Positions 1-10,036 of a stretch of 20,000 nt of DNA are shown piece after piece. The stretch comes from an uncultured virus (IMG/VR IMGVR_UViG_3300025804_000224). Its lineage: Duplodnaviria > Heunggongvirae > Uroviricota > Caudoviricetes. The stretch is taken from the IMG/VR virus record IMGVR_UViG_3300025804_000224; one strand, given 5' to 3'. The first letter of the stretch is position 1, and each line of letters begins with the position of its first letter. Below the pieces are notes generated by a model that was given only the letters and a program-made list of their open reading frames with translations, searched no databases and had not been told where the DNA came from. The translations under genes were made by a program, and so were the position numbers.

Positions 1-819
1 GATTCAGATCTTACTCACTATGATAAAGCTCCAAATAAGCTTAAGTCAACTGATACATACTATGAGTTCATAACTGATAGTGTAAGTAAGAATGAAGAAT
101 TAGGTAAGGAATGCCCAATAAATAGGACTAAGTATAATTATGTATGGGGAGTTACTAAAGATGGTGATTTAGTATTCCTTCAGGATATGATACTTAATCT
201 TACTGGATTAGTAGTAGATAAGATAAAGTTTAAGTTAAACTTAATAGAGGTAGATGAATTAGTAATTGATACTGATTTCGAGTATAGTGACCACACTCAT
301 CTATATACTCCACCAACTAAGTTTGATACAGTAATTAAGAGGACTAACTTTGTAGGTGAGTTACTTAATAATGAATTATTCACCAATAATAATATAATTA
401 GGGATATAGATAGAGACTTACTTGACTTAAATAAAGTTAATGTATCAGATTTAAATGGAGTTATCTTAACTAACTTTAAGTATGAATCAATGCCTAAAGA
501 TGTAGTTGAGACTATATCAGATAAAGATTATGACTTTAATTCTGATAAATGCCTACTAATGTATAGAGGTGACATTATTCTCTACCGAAACCTCTTGGGT
601 AAGTATAAACTTAAGGTAGGAGATATAGTCAAAACTTTTGATTCACCGATACTATTAATAGATCAGAGTCACTATGTTGACGTAGGAAGTAAGTCATTAT
701 ATAAGTATGAGGTGACTGACTCAGATATAGTATCAACTAAGACTAGATATACTGTAGATAAGGTAGGATACATGGTAGCTTACTATAATAAAGGCAATTA
801 TAATAAGAAATTGATATGA
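1..819 (+). CDS. Hypothetical phage protein, 5'-truncated by the window edge
   Basis: Frame 1 is open from base 1 (GAT TCA GAT CTT...) through the ATG at 187 to TGA at 817-819, so the real start is probably upstream of the window. ATGA overlap with the next gene. No motif recognised. Confidence 0.75.
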   Translation, partial: DSDLTHYDKAPNKLKSTDTYYEFITDSVSKNEELGKECPINRTKYNYVWGVTKDGDLVFLQDMILNLTGLVVDKIKFKLNLIEVDELVIDTDFEYSDHTHLYTPPTKFDTVIKRTNFVGELLNNELFTNNNIIRDIDRDLLDLNKVNVSDLNGVILTNFKYESMPKDVVETISDKDYDFNSDKCLLMYRGDIILYRNLLGKYKLKVGDIVKTFDSPILLIDQSHYVDVGSKSLYKYEVTDSDIVSTKTRYTVDKVGYMVAYYNKGNYNKKLI

Positions 820-1286
820 GTTGGGAATTATCATCTGATGCATATAATGTACTGACTGAGAATGTTATAGTAACTGACTTATATCTAATAGCTACTAATG
901 TAGGTGTAAGGTCAATCACTCATAGACTTAAACCTAGGTCAGTGACTGCAGATAATGGATATCTTACTTTTAATCTAATTGACTTAGATATAACTTTGAC
1001 TCAGGGTAATGAATGTTTCTGGGACTTAGATTTATATTGTAAGGTAAACTATAAAGATACTGATTATAAGATAGCTACACTTAAGAGATTCCAGAGTATA
1101 GACCATAATCTATTTATGTCATATATGGGTATCAATATATTTTATGTAGATTTTAGGTCAATCAAGTGGAGTGAGATACTCGATTTAAGTCAGGAAGGTA
1201 AGGATACATCGATGCACATAATAGATTTTATTAAGATGCATAATACTGGTGTATCAAAATCTGAGATAAATAAATATAGATTATGA
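816..1286 (+). CDS. Hypothetical phage protein (156 aa), possibly tail/baseplate-associated by context
   Basis: ORF with ATGA overlaps at both ends (816-819 and 1283-1286) and typical codon usage. Function is a guess from context only. Confidence 0.75.
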   Translation: MSWELSSDAYNVLTENVIVTDLYLIATNVGVRSITHRLKPRSVTADNGYLTFNLIDLDITLTQGNECFWDLDLYCKVNYKDTDYKIATLKRFQSIDHNLFMSYMGINIFYVDFRSIKWSEILDLSQEGKDTSMHIIDFIKMHNTGVSKSEINKYRL

Positions 1287-2071
1287 GTAATAAGACACTA
1301 GATGAACTTAGGGAGGTAATGTATGTTAACTCCCGTAAGAATAGAGCTAATACTATAGATCCACCTGATGTATTCACTACAATGAAGGATGCATTTGACT
1401 TAGTCTATAGTAAGTCTGAGATAGATAATTTACTTGAACATATAGATGACCCTATTGAGTTAACTAATGGTGACCTTATTAACTTAATTGATAATAGTAA
1501 GCTAAATGTAGGTAGGCATTATAAAGTAACTAATTATAGACCTAGTGGGTCAAAGTATTATGACATACTACTTTTAGCTACTTCACCTAACTCACTTAAC
1601 TCAAATGGATTAGCTATTAAGTCAGATAATGGACCTAGTATAACTGGTATTAACTCATTTAGTATAGTCTACTCAATAAAATCGAATAAAGTTACTAGAC
1701 TAACTGATGAGTATGGAAATGTAGCTGACTTTGATTTCAAGTGTATAAAAGTAGATGACTCAGATTACTTATTTAGTTCATCATCTATATCTAGTGGAAA
1801 TACAATACTCAACTCAACTGGAATTAAATTCTTAGGTGACTGTCATAATAATATAGTTAAGGGATGCAGTAATATTACCATAGATAATGTATCTAACTCT
1901 ATAATTATAGGTAGCTCTAATCTAAGTTTGATTGACTGTGATAGACTTAGTGTATCAGCTAAGAATGAAGGTGAGGTATTAAGTTTCTCCAATAAAGTAA
2001 GTGAGTCAATTGGAAATAACTCTAAAGGTGACGTAGTTGAGATAAATATATTTGACTCAATATTTATATAA
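1283..2071 (+). CDS. Putative short tail spike/fibre protein: shared N-terminal module, 'DEYGN..DFK' domain, short beta-helix-like C-terminus
   Basis: N-terminus has PPDVFTTMKDAFDL, paralogous to 4892, 5890 and 11545. LTDEYGNVADFDFK matches 4892 (MRDEYGNEANYDFK). The C-terminus has N/I/S/G-rich periodic segments (CHNNIVKGCSNITIDNVSNSIIIGSSNLSL). Confidence 0.65.
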   Translation: MSNKTLDELREVMYVNSRKNRANTIDPPDVFTTMKDAFDLVYSKSEIDNLLEHIDDPIELTNGDLINLIDNSKLNVGRHYKVTNYRPSGSKYYDILLLATSPNSLNSNGLAIKSDNGPSITGINSFSIVYSIKSNKVTRLTDEYGNVADFDFKCIKVDDSDYLFSSSSISSGNTILNSTGIKFLGDCHNNIVKGCSNITIDNVSNSIIIGSSNLSLIDCDRLSVSAKNEGEVLSFSNKVSESIGNNSKGDVVEINIFDSIFI

Positions 2072-2081
2072 TAGGATTAAT

Positions 2082-4874
2082 ATGGAACATAATAAACTAG
2101 CTAATGTTAGTAAGACTAATATAGGATTAGGTAGTGTAGAAAATCTTACTCCAGCTGAAATAGCAGCTTTAATGAGGCATTCAGTTATAATTAATCCTAA
2201 CTTTATACCTAAGGATGATTTAACTGCATGGGAAGAACTCATTAAGAGTTGGATAGATAAGCTTAATGAGTGTATAGTAGTAACTCAGTCAGAGTATGAT
2301 AATCTAGTAACTAATTCTAAACTCAAACCTACTAGACTATATAAAGTAACTGGATATAAAGCTAACTTAGACTTATGTAAAGGTAATCTAGGTCAGGACA
2401 TACAAGTATCTGATACATCATTTGATTTCTATGCAATAACTGAAAGTAATCAACTTCAGAATATATGTATAGCTATTGTAAATGATAAATCAGATGACTT
2501 TACTAAATCTATACTATCATCTAGGTTAGTATACTTTATCTATAAGGATGGGTATATAACTCAGATGACTGATACTAAGGGTAACTATGCTACCTTTGAC
2601 TTCATCTCAGTTAAGAACTCATTAGGTAAGAATATAATATCTAGTGACTCAGTAGGAGTTAAGACTAAGTCAGCTGATGTATACATAGATGGTTCTGACG
2701 TAACCTTAGGTACAGATAATACTAAGGTATCTATAACTAAATGTAGTAATGTATCTATAGGTGACCTAAATAAGTCAGTAACTTTATCTGGATGTAGTAA
2801 CTGTGAGATAAATGGAAATAATACTGACATTAATATATCTGGAGATAATGCTAAGATAGGAAGTGGAAATAATACAGTTTCTATTGATGCTGATTCACAT
2901 GACGTATTAGTTAGTTGCCATAATAATAAACTAACCTTCGTAGACTCACCTGCATGTGAGTTTGGTAGTCATAATGATACAGTCACATTCACTCATAGTA
3001 AAGGAGGTATCTTAGGTAACTATAATGACAATATTATCTCTGAGTGCTCATATACTATAATGGGAGATCATAACTCTCATATAACAGCTAAAGGTGCCAG
3101 TAATAAGATAATTCATGTAACTTTAACCTCAGGTAATCAATACCTAATCTTCAATGATGACTCATCATTCATGAGTGAGTCAGATAGTGCATTTCTACAA
3201 TATCTTAAATTATTCAAGTCATATGGATTATTTAAGGATATGGACCATAATGTATTAGTTGGACCTAAGTTAGAATTTAATAGAGCTTATGATAATATAG
3301 GTAGTGTATTCTATCTACTCACTAATACCAATACAATGCCAGTTATTGACTTTGACTCAATGCTAACTGGATTAAAGTCATATAACTCATTTGTACTTCA
3401 TAATCTCGATGTAATTACATATGACGATAATGGAGTAAGTAGATGGATAGATAAGAGAGGTAATGTTACTGACTCTACTCAGTTTACTCTAGCTAAACTA
3501 ATTGACTTCCTCAATGAGAGATGTCAAGCTACTAAGGAATACATATATGTAGAGGATACTACAGGTAATAAGGTATCTCCAGCTAAATCAGCTATAGCAT
3601 ACAATGCAGTAGCCACAACCTCTCCAGTGAACTCAGTATCAGCTACCTCTACTGATGCAGCTAAGAATAATAGTCTTAACTCTACTCCAGTATATGAGGT
3701 AAAGTATCCTGGATTACCTGATGGTAAGGGAGGTGGTACTGTAACTGAGTCAGGTAAGTATTATGAAATTAAATGGGATGATAATAGTAATAAATTTACC
3801 TCTGGAGTAGACTCAACTAAGAAGATATCAGCTAAGTTACATAATGGTTCTACTGAATCAGTGGCTCAGATAAGTGACTTAAAGATATCAAGTTGGGATT
3901 GTAATTGTATCACTATCTCAGGTACTGAGGATATTAATAAGAGTAACTTTAAGATTGACTTAAGGTCAGACTATTATGTCCTTACTCCATCTAATATCAA
4001 TACTTCAGGCGTATACTTAGTTGAGTTCAAATTTTATGGTATCTTAAATAATACTAATGTAACTTATTATCTATACCTATACATTAATACTAATGCACTA
4101 ACTTATACTCATTATATACGTACAGGTAAAGATTATAGCTACAATATAATACCTAACATAAACTCAGCATACTCTAAAGTTGATGCTGAAGTAATGATAG
4201 ATACTGATGAGACTGGATATACATTTACTCCAAATGCAAATGAGACTGACAATACCTCATTTAATATCAAGTTCCCAACTATAAATAAGTTAGATGATAT
4301 ATTCTGTAAATTGAACTTTACATCTAATCTAAATTATAGTGATGGAAATAAGATTAATTTGGATGTAGTACATCAGTTCATAGTCTCTGACTCAATAGTT
4401 ATCATGACCTATGCTAATAATGGAACTGAGTTAACTGAGTCGAGAGCTCAGGGTGAGGAAGTTACGTATAATTTAGGTGTAGGTAGTAATGATACTGAAG
4501 CTACTAAGGATGTAATAAGTAAGATTAGTCAGTTTAAGGTAGATATAGTAACTGAGTATGGTAAAACTGAGGCAGCTAATCCTGATTATGATAATCTAGA
4601 GTCAGTAGATTCGGTTAGTACATCCTCTACTGAAGCTCCAGCTTACTCTAGTCAGGACTCTGCATTCAAGTATAAGTACACTGTACCTACTGAGTACACT
4701 CAAGATAAGTATCTTATAGTACCAACTAAGTCGACTTTAACCATAACTCCAGTGACTTCAGATGACTCATTTACTCTGAGTCCATGTAAGATAACTATTA
4801 ATGTAAAGTCAAAGTTATCTAAAGTGGAAGTTACTATAAATAGAGTTAGTAGAATCTGTATAATAGCTAATTAA
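2082..4874 (+). CDS. Large putative tail spike/structural protein (~930 aa) with beta-helix-like repeats and beta-rich C-terminal domains
   Basis: The ORF track starts at TTG 2052 inside the upstream gene. ATG 2082 (taatATGgaa) follows the upstream stop and is the likelier start. Contains VSKTNIGLGSVEN (cf. TKAQVGLGNV fibre motif), the domain shared with 1283/4892 (LVTNSKLKPTRLYKVTGY ... ITQMTDTKGNYATFDF) and GxxN-periodic repeats (GTDNTKVSI, GDLNKSVTL, GSGNNTVSI, GSHNDTVTF). Confidence 0.65.
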   Translation: MEHNKLANVSKTNIGLGSVENLTPAEIAALMRHSVIINPNFIPKDDLTAWEELIKSWIDKLNECIVVTQSEYDNLVTNSKLKPTRLYKVTGYKANLDLCKGNLGQDIQVSDTSFDFYAITESNQLQNICIAIVNDKSDDFTKSILSSRLVYFIYKDGYITQMTDTKGNYATFDFISVKNSLGKNIISSDSVGVKTKSADVYIDGSDVTLGTDNTKVSITKCSNVSIGDLNKSVTLSGCSNCEINGNNTDINISGDNAKIGSGNNTVSIDADSHDVLVSCHNNKLTFVDSPACEFGSHNDTVTFTHSKGGILGNYNDNIISECSYTIMGDHNSHITAKGASNKIIHVTLTSGNQYLIFNDDSSFMSESDSAFLQYLKLFKSYGLFKDMDHNVLVGPKLEFNRAYDNIGSVFYLLTNTNTMPVIDFDSMLTGLKSYNSFVLHNLDVITYDDNGVSRWIDKRGNVTDSTQFTLAKLIDFLNERCQATKEYIYVEDTTGNKVSPAKSAIAYNAVATTSPVNSVSATSTDAAKNNSLNSTPVYEVKYPGLPDGKGGGTVTESGKYYEIKWDDNSNKFTSGVDSTKKISAKLHNGSTESVAQISDLKISSWDCNCITISGTEDINKSNFKIDLRSDYYVLTPSNINTSGVYLVEFKFYGILNNTNVTYYLYLYINTNALTYTHYIRTGKDYSYNIIPNINSAYSKVDAEVMIDTDETGYTFTPNANETDNTSFNIKFPTINKLDDIFCKLNFTSNLNYSDGNKINLDVVHQFIVSDSIVIMTYANNGTELTESRAQGEEVTYNLGVGSNDTEATKDVISKISQFKVDIVTEYGKTEAANPDYDNLESVDSVSTSSTEAPAYSSQDSAFKYKYTVPTEYTQDKYLIVPTKSTLTITPVTSDDSFTLSPCKITINVKSKLSKVEVTINRVSRICIIAN

Positions 4875-4891
4875 TAAAATAATATAGATAT

Positions 4892-5863
4892 ATGGCACGT
4901 ACAATAGACCAGTTAAAGACTGCAATGTTAAATAATGCAGCTAAACAGATAGGTCAGAAAATTACTCCATCAGATGTATTTAGTACAATGAAGGAGGCAT
5001 TTGACCTCTACTATACTAAGGCTGAAGTCCAGACTATAGAGACTACTATAAACAATAGGATAGATGCACTTCAGTATGGTAGAGTAATGACTAATGCTCA
5101 GTTAGCTTCAGCTATCTCATCTAAGTCATTGAAGAAAGGTGAGCTAATTGAGATACCTTATCCAGCTAAACATAAATTCTCTATACTACTTGTAGCTACA
5201 TCAACTAATACAGTTAGTGGGGTAGGTTATGCTATAAATAACTTAGATACTACCTATTATAGTGGAGTAGACATGACTAAGTGGCTACTTGGAGTTACTA
5301 TAAATGACTCAGGTATTCCTACTATCACATATATGAGGGATGAGTATGGTAATGAGGCTAACTATGACTTTAAGAATAGTTCAACTAATTCATCTACCAT
5401 AACTTATGCACTCCAATATACTGATAGTAAAGGTAATGTATCAGATGCTTCACTTACAGGTAAAGCTAAGAATAATAAGTTATTTGACTCAGTAGGCAAT
5501 AAAGGTATAGCTATAAATACTACCTCATCTATTATCAATAATGAAATATATGGAGGAGTAACTTCTACTGAGGGACTTATTAACTGTAAGATTTATGGCA
5601 CTGGAAATATATTGAAGGGAGCTACTAATCTTGAGTTATATGGAGATAATAACTCATTTGCTAGTCAGGTAACTAATGCTGAGGTAGAGGGAAATAACAT
5701 AACCTTCACTGATACGTCAGCAATCTATAATCTTAAGGTATTGAGTCCAAGTGATACTGCATGTAGTTTATCTGGACTTACAGGTAAGGTATTTAAGTTA
5801 GTAGGTAGGAACTCTAATGGTAATATAGTTATAGGTAAGCCATTAGATCAGATCTTCTCATAA
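4892..5863 (+). CDS. Putative tail spike/fibre protein, paralogue of 1283..2071
   Basis: Shared N-terminal PSDVFSTMKEAFDL, FSILLVATSTN and MRDEYGNEANYDFK motifs, and a beta-helix-like C-terminus (NNEIYG, NCKIYG, NLELYG, NAEVEG). Confidence 0.7.
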   Translation: MARTIDQLKTAMLNNAAKQIGQKITPSDVFSTMKEAFDLYYTKAEVQTIETTINNRIDALQYGRVMTNAQLASAISSKSLKKGELIEIPYPAKHKFSILLVATSTNTVSGVGYAINNLDTTYYSGVDMTKWLLGVTINDSGIPTITYMRDEYGNEANYDFKNSSTNSSTITYALQYTDSKGNVSDASLTGKAKNNKLFDSVGNKGIAINTTSSIINNEIYGGVTSTEGLINCKIYGTGNILKGATNLELYGDNNSFASQVTNAEVEGNNITFTDTSAIYNLKVLSPSDTACSLSGLTGKVFKLVGRNSNGNIVIGKPLDQIFS

Positions 5864-5889
5864 ACTTAATTTAACTGGAGTAAATTAAT

Positions 5890-8800
5890 ATGGCTAATAT
5901 AAATGATTTAAAGAATAGCATGCTTACTAATGCATCTAAGGCTAATTATAGTACAATTAGTCCATCTGATGTATTTAGTACAATGAAGCAGGCATTTGAT
6001 TTATATAGTACTACTGAAGAAATAGCAGCTAAGTACTATAATAAGTCAGAACTTGATGTCAGGGTAGCTACTGCAGATAAGTTAGGTTTCATTAAGATAG
6101 GTTATACTCAGTCTGGAGCTAACTATCCTATTCAGTTAGATAAAGATAATAAAGCTTATGTAACCTTAGCTCTAGGTGAGACTGATGTAACTGCATATAA
6201 AGGTAGCTCAGGTAAAGCTCTAGCTAATAATTTATCAAGTCACGTAGCTAATAAATCTAATCCTCATGGAGTTACTAAAGCTCAAGTAGGATTAGGTGAT
6301 GTAGCTAATACTGGAGATAGTTCTACTCCAGTTAGTGGAGGTACTACTAAATTTACTACAGGTGGAGCTTACTCCATGAAGACTGACTTACAGAATAGTA
6401 TTAATACTAAGGCTGCTAAGACTAATACAGTTAATGGACATCAGATAGGGAGTAACGTATCTATACCTACTATAGATAACTCTACTAAGCTTACCAATCA
6501 GGACCTTAATACTCTCCATGGTAATGGAGGTTTCTATTATGCACCTGGAGGTAATACCTGTACTAATATGCCATCTGGAGTTATTTCATTTGGACTCGTA
6601 GTTAGTAGAGGAGCTGGTGGATGGTGGAGTCAGACACTAACTGGTAATGATGGTAAGATATATTATCGTCAGTGGGATGCTACTAAGTGGACTCCATGGG
6701 TTAGAGTTTATACTACTGGAGATAAGCCATCTAAGTCAGATGTAGGTCTCAGTAATGTAGTAAATACAGGTGACTCAGCAACTCCAGTTAGTGGAGGTAC
6801 TACTAAGTTTACTACAGGTGGAGCTTACTCGATGAAATCAGAGTTACAAGCTAGTATTAACACTAAGGCTAATAACTCAACTACAGTCAACGGACACCCT
6901 CTCACTAGTAACGTTACTGTAACTAAGGCTGATGTAGGTCTAGGTAATCTTACAAATGATTCTCAGGTAAAGAGGTCAGAGATGGGAGCTAAGAGTGGAG
7001 TAGCTACCCTTGATGCTAATGGACTTATACCTAGCTCACAGTTACCTTCCTATGTAGATGACGTATTAGAGTATGCATCTCTAAGTAAATTCCCGACTAA
7101 AGGTGAGACAGGTAAGATATATGTAGCAACTGATACTAACCTCACTTATAGATGGAGTGGAACTAGCTATGTAGAGATTAGTAAATCTCTAGCTCTAGGT
7201 ACTACATCTAGTACAGCTTATGCAGGTAACTTAGGAGCTCAGTTAAGGACTGACCTCAATAGTCATACATCTAGTAAGTCTAACCCACATGGAGTTACTA
7301 AAGCTCAGGTAGGATTAGGTAATGTAGCTAACCTAGATCAGAGTAAGGCTATTAAGTCACTCAGTCAGTCAGGTATTACATATACAGCTACTTATGTAGA
7401 TGGAACTACAGGTACTGCATTCACTACCGATGGATCTACTATAATTAATAGCCTGAGTACAGGTACCGCAGTACCAGGAGACTCAGATTACTTTATATCT
7501 CAATATGTAGGTGGAGGTACTACCACTACCTCATATCATCGTAGACCTATATCTACCTTATATAGCTATATAAAGAGTAAGCTATCTAAGTCTGACTTAA
7601 TAAGTATTCTTGGATTCACTCCTATTAGTAGTGGTGATGGTAAGTTCTCTAATTACCTACCTCTATCTGGAGGTACCATGACTGGAAGGTTAACTATGAA
7701 GTCTAACCCTATCTGGATTCAAGGTGGATCAGATGCAGGTGGAGATGTAAATAGGATGACCCTTACCTCAGGGATGCCTACTGAGATTAAGTATAATGGA
7801 GGTAAGAGAGGTACTGTAATTTACTCTAATGCCATAGCATTTGGAGATCCATTAAACGGTAACTCTAATAATGATGCAGGATGGATTCGTCACTTAGAGA
7901 CTACAGCTAACTCAGGAATACTAGAAATAGCTACTGGAGATGATGGTAATGAAGGTATAGTATTCAGAAGGTATAATAATAGTAATAATGTATCAACTGA
8001 GGTTGTTGTACCTAATGCCTCAGGTACATTAGCTCTTACATCTCAGATACCAACTGTACCTAGTTCACTTAAGAATCCTAATGCACTCACTATCTCACTT
8101 AATGGTACATCTCAGGGAGCTTATGATGGTAGTTCAGCTAAGAGTATTAACATTACTCCAGGCAGTATAGGTGCAGCTGCAGCCAGTCACTCTCACTCTT
8201 ACTTACCTCTTAATGGAGGTACCATGACTGGAGATATAAACTTTGCAGCTACCGGAACTACAGGCACCTCTAAGAAGATAGTATTTAGTGGATCTACCGA
8301 TGGAGCTCAAATCTACTATAATGTACCTACCTCAGATCAAGGTAACTTGGTACTTAATATGGTAGATGATACTAATGCATATATCCAATTTGCATATAAT
8401 GGTAAAGTTGGTTCCTATATATCTCCATCAGATGGTATGTATCATGGTAAGGCTACATCAGCTAGTGTAGCTGACTCAGTAGCTTGGAGTAATGTGTCAG
8501 GTAGACCTAGCTCTATGCCATCTAGTGACGTATCTGCATGGGCTAAAGCATCGACTAAGCCATCTTATTCATGGAGTGAGATAACAAGTAAACCAGGTAC
8601 TTTTACTCCATCAGCTCATACACATAATTCATTAACTAACTTAGGTGCATATACAGCTAGTGCACCTACATCCAATACTAAGTATTTAGGTAATGGATTG
8701 AGTTGGGCTACCTTATATAGTGGTGGAGGTCCATGTGCTTATGGTAATATACTTGAGTTATATGGAACTGGAGCTGGTCAGTTATGTATGGAGTGGAGTG

Positions 8801-9948
8801 GAGGTCAGAATGCAGCTGGTGACTCTAATGTAGGTAGACTCTATTATAGATCTAAACGTGACATTGTTAATGGATGGACTACATGGAAAACTGTAGCTTG
8901 GACTTCTGATATACCTGGAGTTGCTACTACTGGAGCTAATGGACTAATGTCAGCTGCTGATAAGAGTAAGCTCAATGGCATAGCAGCTGGAGCTCAGGTA
9001 AATACCATTACAGGTATTAAAGGTAGTGCTGAGTCATCTTACCGTACAGGTCAAGTTAATATTACTCCAGCTAACTTAGGTATTACTGTAGTTAATAATA
9101 CAGCTGACTCAGCTAAGCATGTAGCATATGCAGCTACTGCAGGTTCAGCTACTGATAATACTAAGTTACCTCTATCTGGAGGTACCATGACAGGAAGTAT
9201 TATTTTTAGTAACTCTGGAACCTCATTAAGAGGTATCCAAGGAACTATGGGAGATAATGACCAATGGCGAGTTATGGGTGGTGCAACTGAAAGTAATTCA
9301 GGTTATCTTGAAATAGCTACTAGTGACGATGGTGATGAACCTATCTATGTAAGACAATATAATACTGGAACATTTGGAAATCTAGTTCGCACAGCTACTT
9401 TGTTAGATGGTAATGGTAATACATCATTCCCAGGTAGCATATCTGAGGGAGGTACTCTCTTATCTAATAAATATCAACCTAAAGGTAGCTATGCACCTGC
9501 ATCCCATACCCACAATTTCCTTAAAGGTAGTCAGTCATCCTCAGTTAAGGCAGCTACCTGTCTAGCTAATGATTCAAATATATCATTAACTGTAGGTTTA
9601 TGGGCTACAACTGATGCAGGTTTCTCTACTCAGTGGGGATCAGTACTTGATCTTAATCCTCAAGGTGGATGGAGGGAGAGATTAGCATTCAATACTAATG
9701 GTACTATAGAGTACTGGCATGGTATTAATACTACTACTATGAGTAAAGTAGGTAACTTAGTTACTTCAAGTAATATAGGTAGTTACATACCTAATTTACC
9801 TGCATCTAAGATTACCTCAGGTACCTTTAGTGCTGATAGGATACCGTCGATTCCTAAATCTAAGATAACTGACTTCCCATCTACTGAGGAATGGACTTTC
9901 ACTTTAAGTGATGGTAGTACAGTTACTAAGAAAGTATATATAGGTTAA
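5890..9948 (+). CDS. Long tail fibre protein (1352 aa), mosaic
   Basis: G/S/T-rich with typical fibre motifs: NPHGVTKAQVGLG x2, GVATLDANGLIPSSQLPSYVDDV...IYVATDTNLTYRWSG, LPL(S/N)GGTMTG x3 and GLMSAADKSKLNGI. Two knob-like segments end in YYR...WxxW (about 6502-6729 and 8728-8910). Carries the shared N-terminal module and ends EEWTFTLSDGSTVTKKVYIG. Confidence 0.9.
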   Translation: MANINDLKNSMLTNASKANYSTISPSDVFSTMKQAFDLYSTTEEIAAKYYNKSELDVRVATADKLGFIKIGYTQSGANYPIQLDKDNKAYVTLALGETDVTAYKGSSGKALANNLSSHVANKSNPHGVTKAQVGLGDVANTGDSSTPVSGGTTKFTTGGAYSMKTDLQNSINTKAAKTNTVNGHQIGSNVSIPTIDNSTKLTNQDLNTLHGNGGFYYAPGGNTCTNMPSGVISFGLVVSRGAGGWWSQTLTGNDGKIYYRQWDATKWTPWVRVYTTGDKPSKSDVGLSNVVNTGDSATPVSGGTTKFTTGGAYSMKSELQASINTKANNSTTVNGHPLTSNVTVTKADVGLGNLTNDSQVKRSEMGAKSGVATLDANGLIPSSQLPSYVDDVLEYASLSKFPTKGETGKIYVATDTNLTYRWSGTSYVEISKSLALGTTSSTAYAGNLGAQLRTDLNSHTSSKSNPHGVTKAQVGLGNVANLDQSKAIKSLSQSGITYTATYVDGTTGTAFTTDGSTIINSLSTGTAVPGDSDYFISQYVGGGTTTTSYHRRPISTLYSYIKSKLSKSDLISILGFTPISSGDGKFSNYLPLSGGTMTGRLTMKSNPIWIQGGSDAGGDVNRMTLTSGMPTEIKYNGGKRGTVIYSNAIAFGDPLNGNSNNDAGWIRHLETTANSGILEIATGDDGNEGIVFRRYNNSNNVSTEVVVPNASGTLALTSQIPTVPSSLKNPNALTISLNGTSQGAYDGSSAKSINITPGSIGAAAASHSHSYLPLNGGTMTGDINFAATGTTGTSKKIVFSGSTDGAQIYYNVPTSDQGNLVLNMVDDTNAYIQFAYNGKVGSYISPSDGMYHGKATSASVADSVAWSNVSGRPSSMPSSDVSAWAKASTKPSYSWSEITSKPGTFTPSAHTHNSLTNLGAYTASAPTSNTKYLGNGLSWATLYSGGGPCAYGNILELYGTGAGQLCMEWSGGQNAAGDSNVGRLYYRSKRDIVNGWTTWKTVAWTSDIPGVATTGANGLMSAADKSKLNGIAAGAQVNTITGIKGSAESSYRTGQVNITPANLGITVVNNTADSAKHVAYAATAGSATDNTKLPLSGGTMTGSIIFSNSGTSLRGIQGTMGDNDQWRVMGGATESNSGYLEIATSDDGDEPIYVRQYNTGTFGNLVRTATLLDGNGNTSFPGSISEGGTLLSNKYQPKGSYAPASHTHNFLKGSQSSSVKAATCLANDSNISLTVGLWATTDAGFSTQWGSVLDLNPQGGWRERLAFNTNGTIEYWHGINTTTMSKVGNLVTSSNIGSYIPNLPASKITSGTFSADRIPSIPKSKITDFPSTEEWTFTLSDGSTVTKKVYIG
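6325..6836 (+). repeat. 56-bp direct repeat pair (6325-6380 and 6781-6836, 2 mismatches), 456 bp apart, flanking a knob-like domain
   Basis: actccagttagtggaggtactactaa(a/g)tttactacaggtggagcttactc(c/g)atgaa read at both positions; encodes TPVSGGTTKFTTGGAYSMK. Confidence 0.9.
7658..9191 (+). repeat. Three in-frame LPL(S/N)GGTMTG-coding repeats (7658-7682, 8204-8228, 9167-9191)
   Basis: tacctctatctggaggtaccatgac is identical (25 bp) at 7658 and 9167. The variant tacctcttaatggaggtaccatgac is at 8204. Confidence 0.9.
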
Positions 9949-9955
9949 ACTAATG

Positions 9956-9989
9956 AGAGTCAGAGATATGAATAATATTCTCTGACTCT
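9956..9989 (+). terminator. Stem-loop after the long tail fibre gene (terminator or mRNA stability element)
   Basis: AGAGTCAGAGA (9956-9966) / TCTCTGACTCT (9979-9989), a perfect 11-bp inverted repeat 7 nt after the stop. The U-tract is weak. Confidence 0.6.
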
Positions 9990-10036
9990 TAATCTAAAGT
10001 GATAATTAACATTAATAACAAGTAAGTTAAGATATT

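Noticed and set aside
2052..2081. TTG start for the 940-aa ORF
   Set aside because: It overlaps the upstream gene; ATG 2082 follows the upstream stop and has the typical AT-rich context.
2057..2830. Minus-strand ORFs 2057..2242 and 2585..2830
   Set aside because: Antisense shadows of the long plus-strand gene, with L/S/V/I-rich composition typical of reverse-complemented biased codons.
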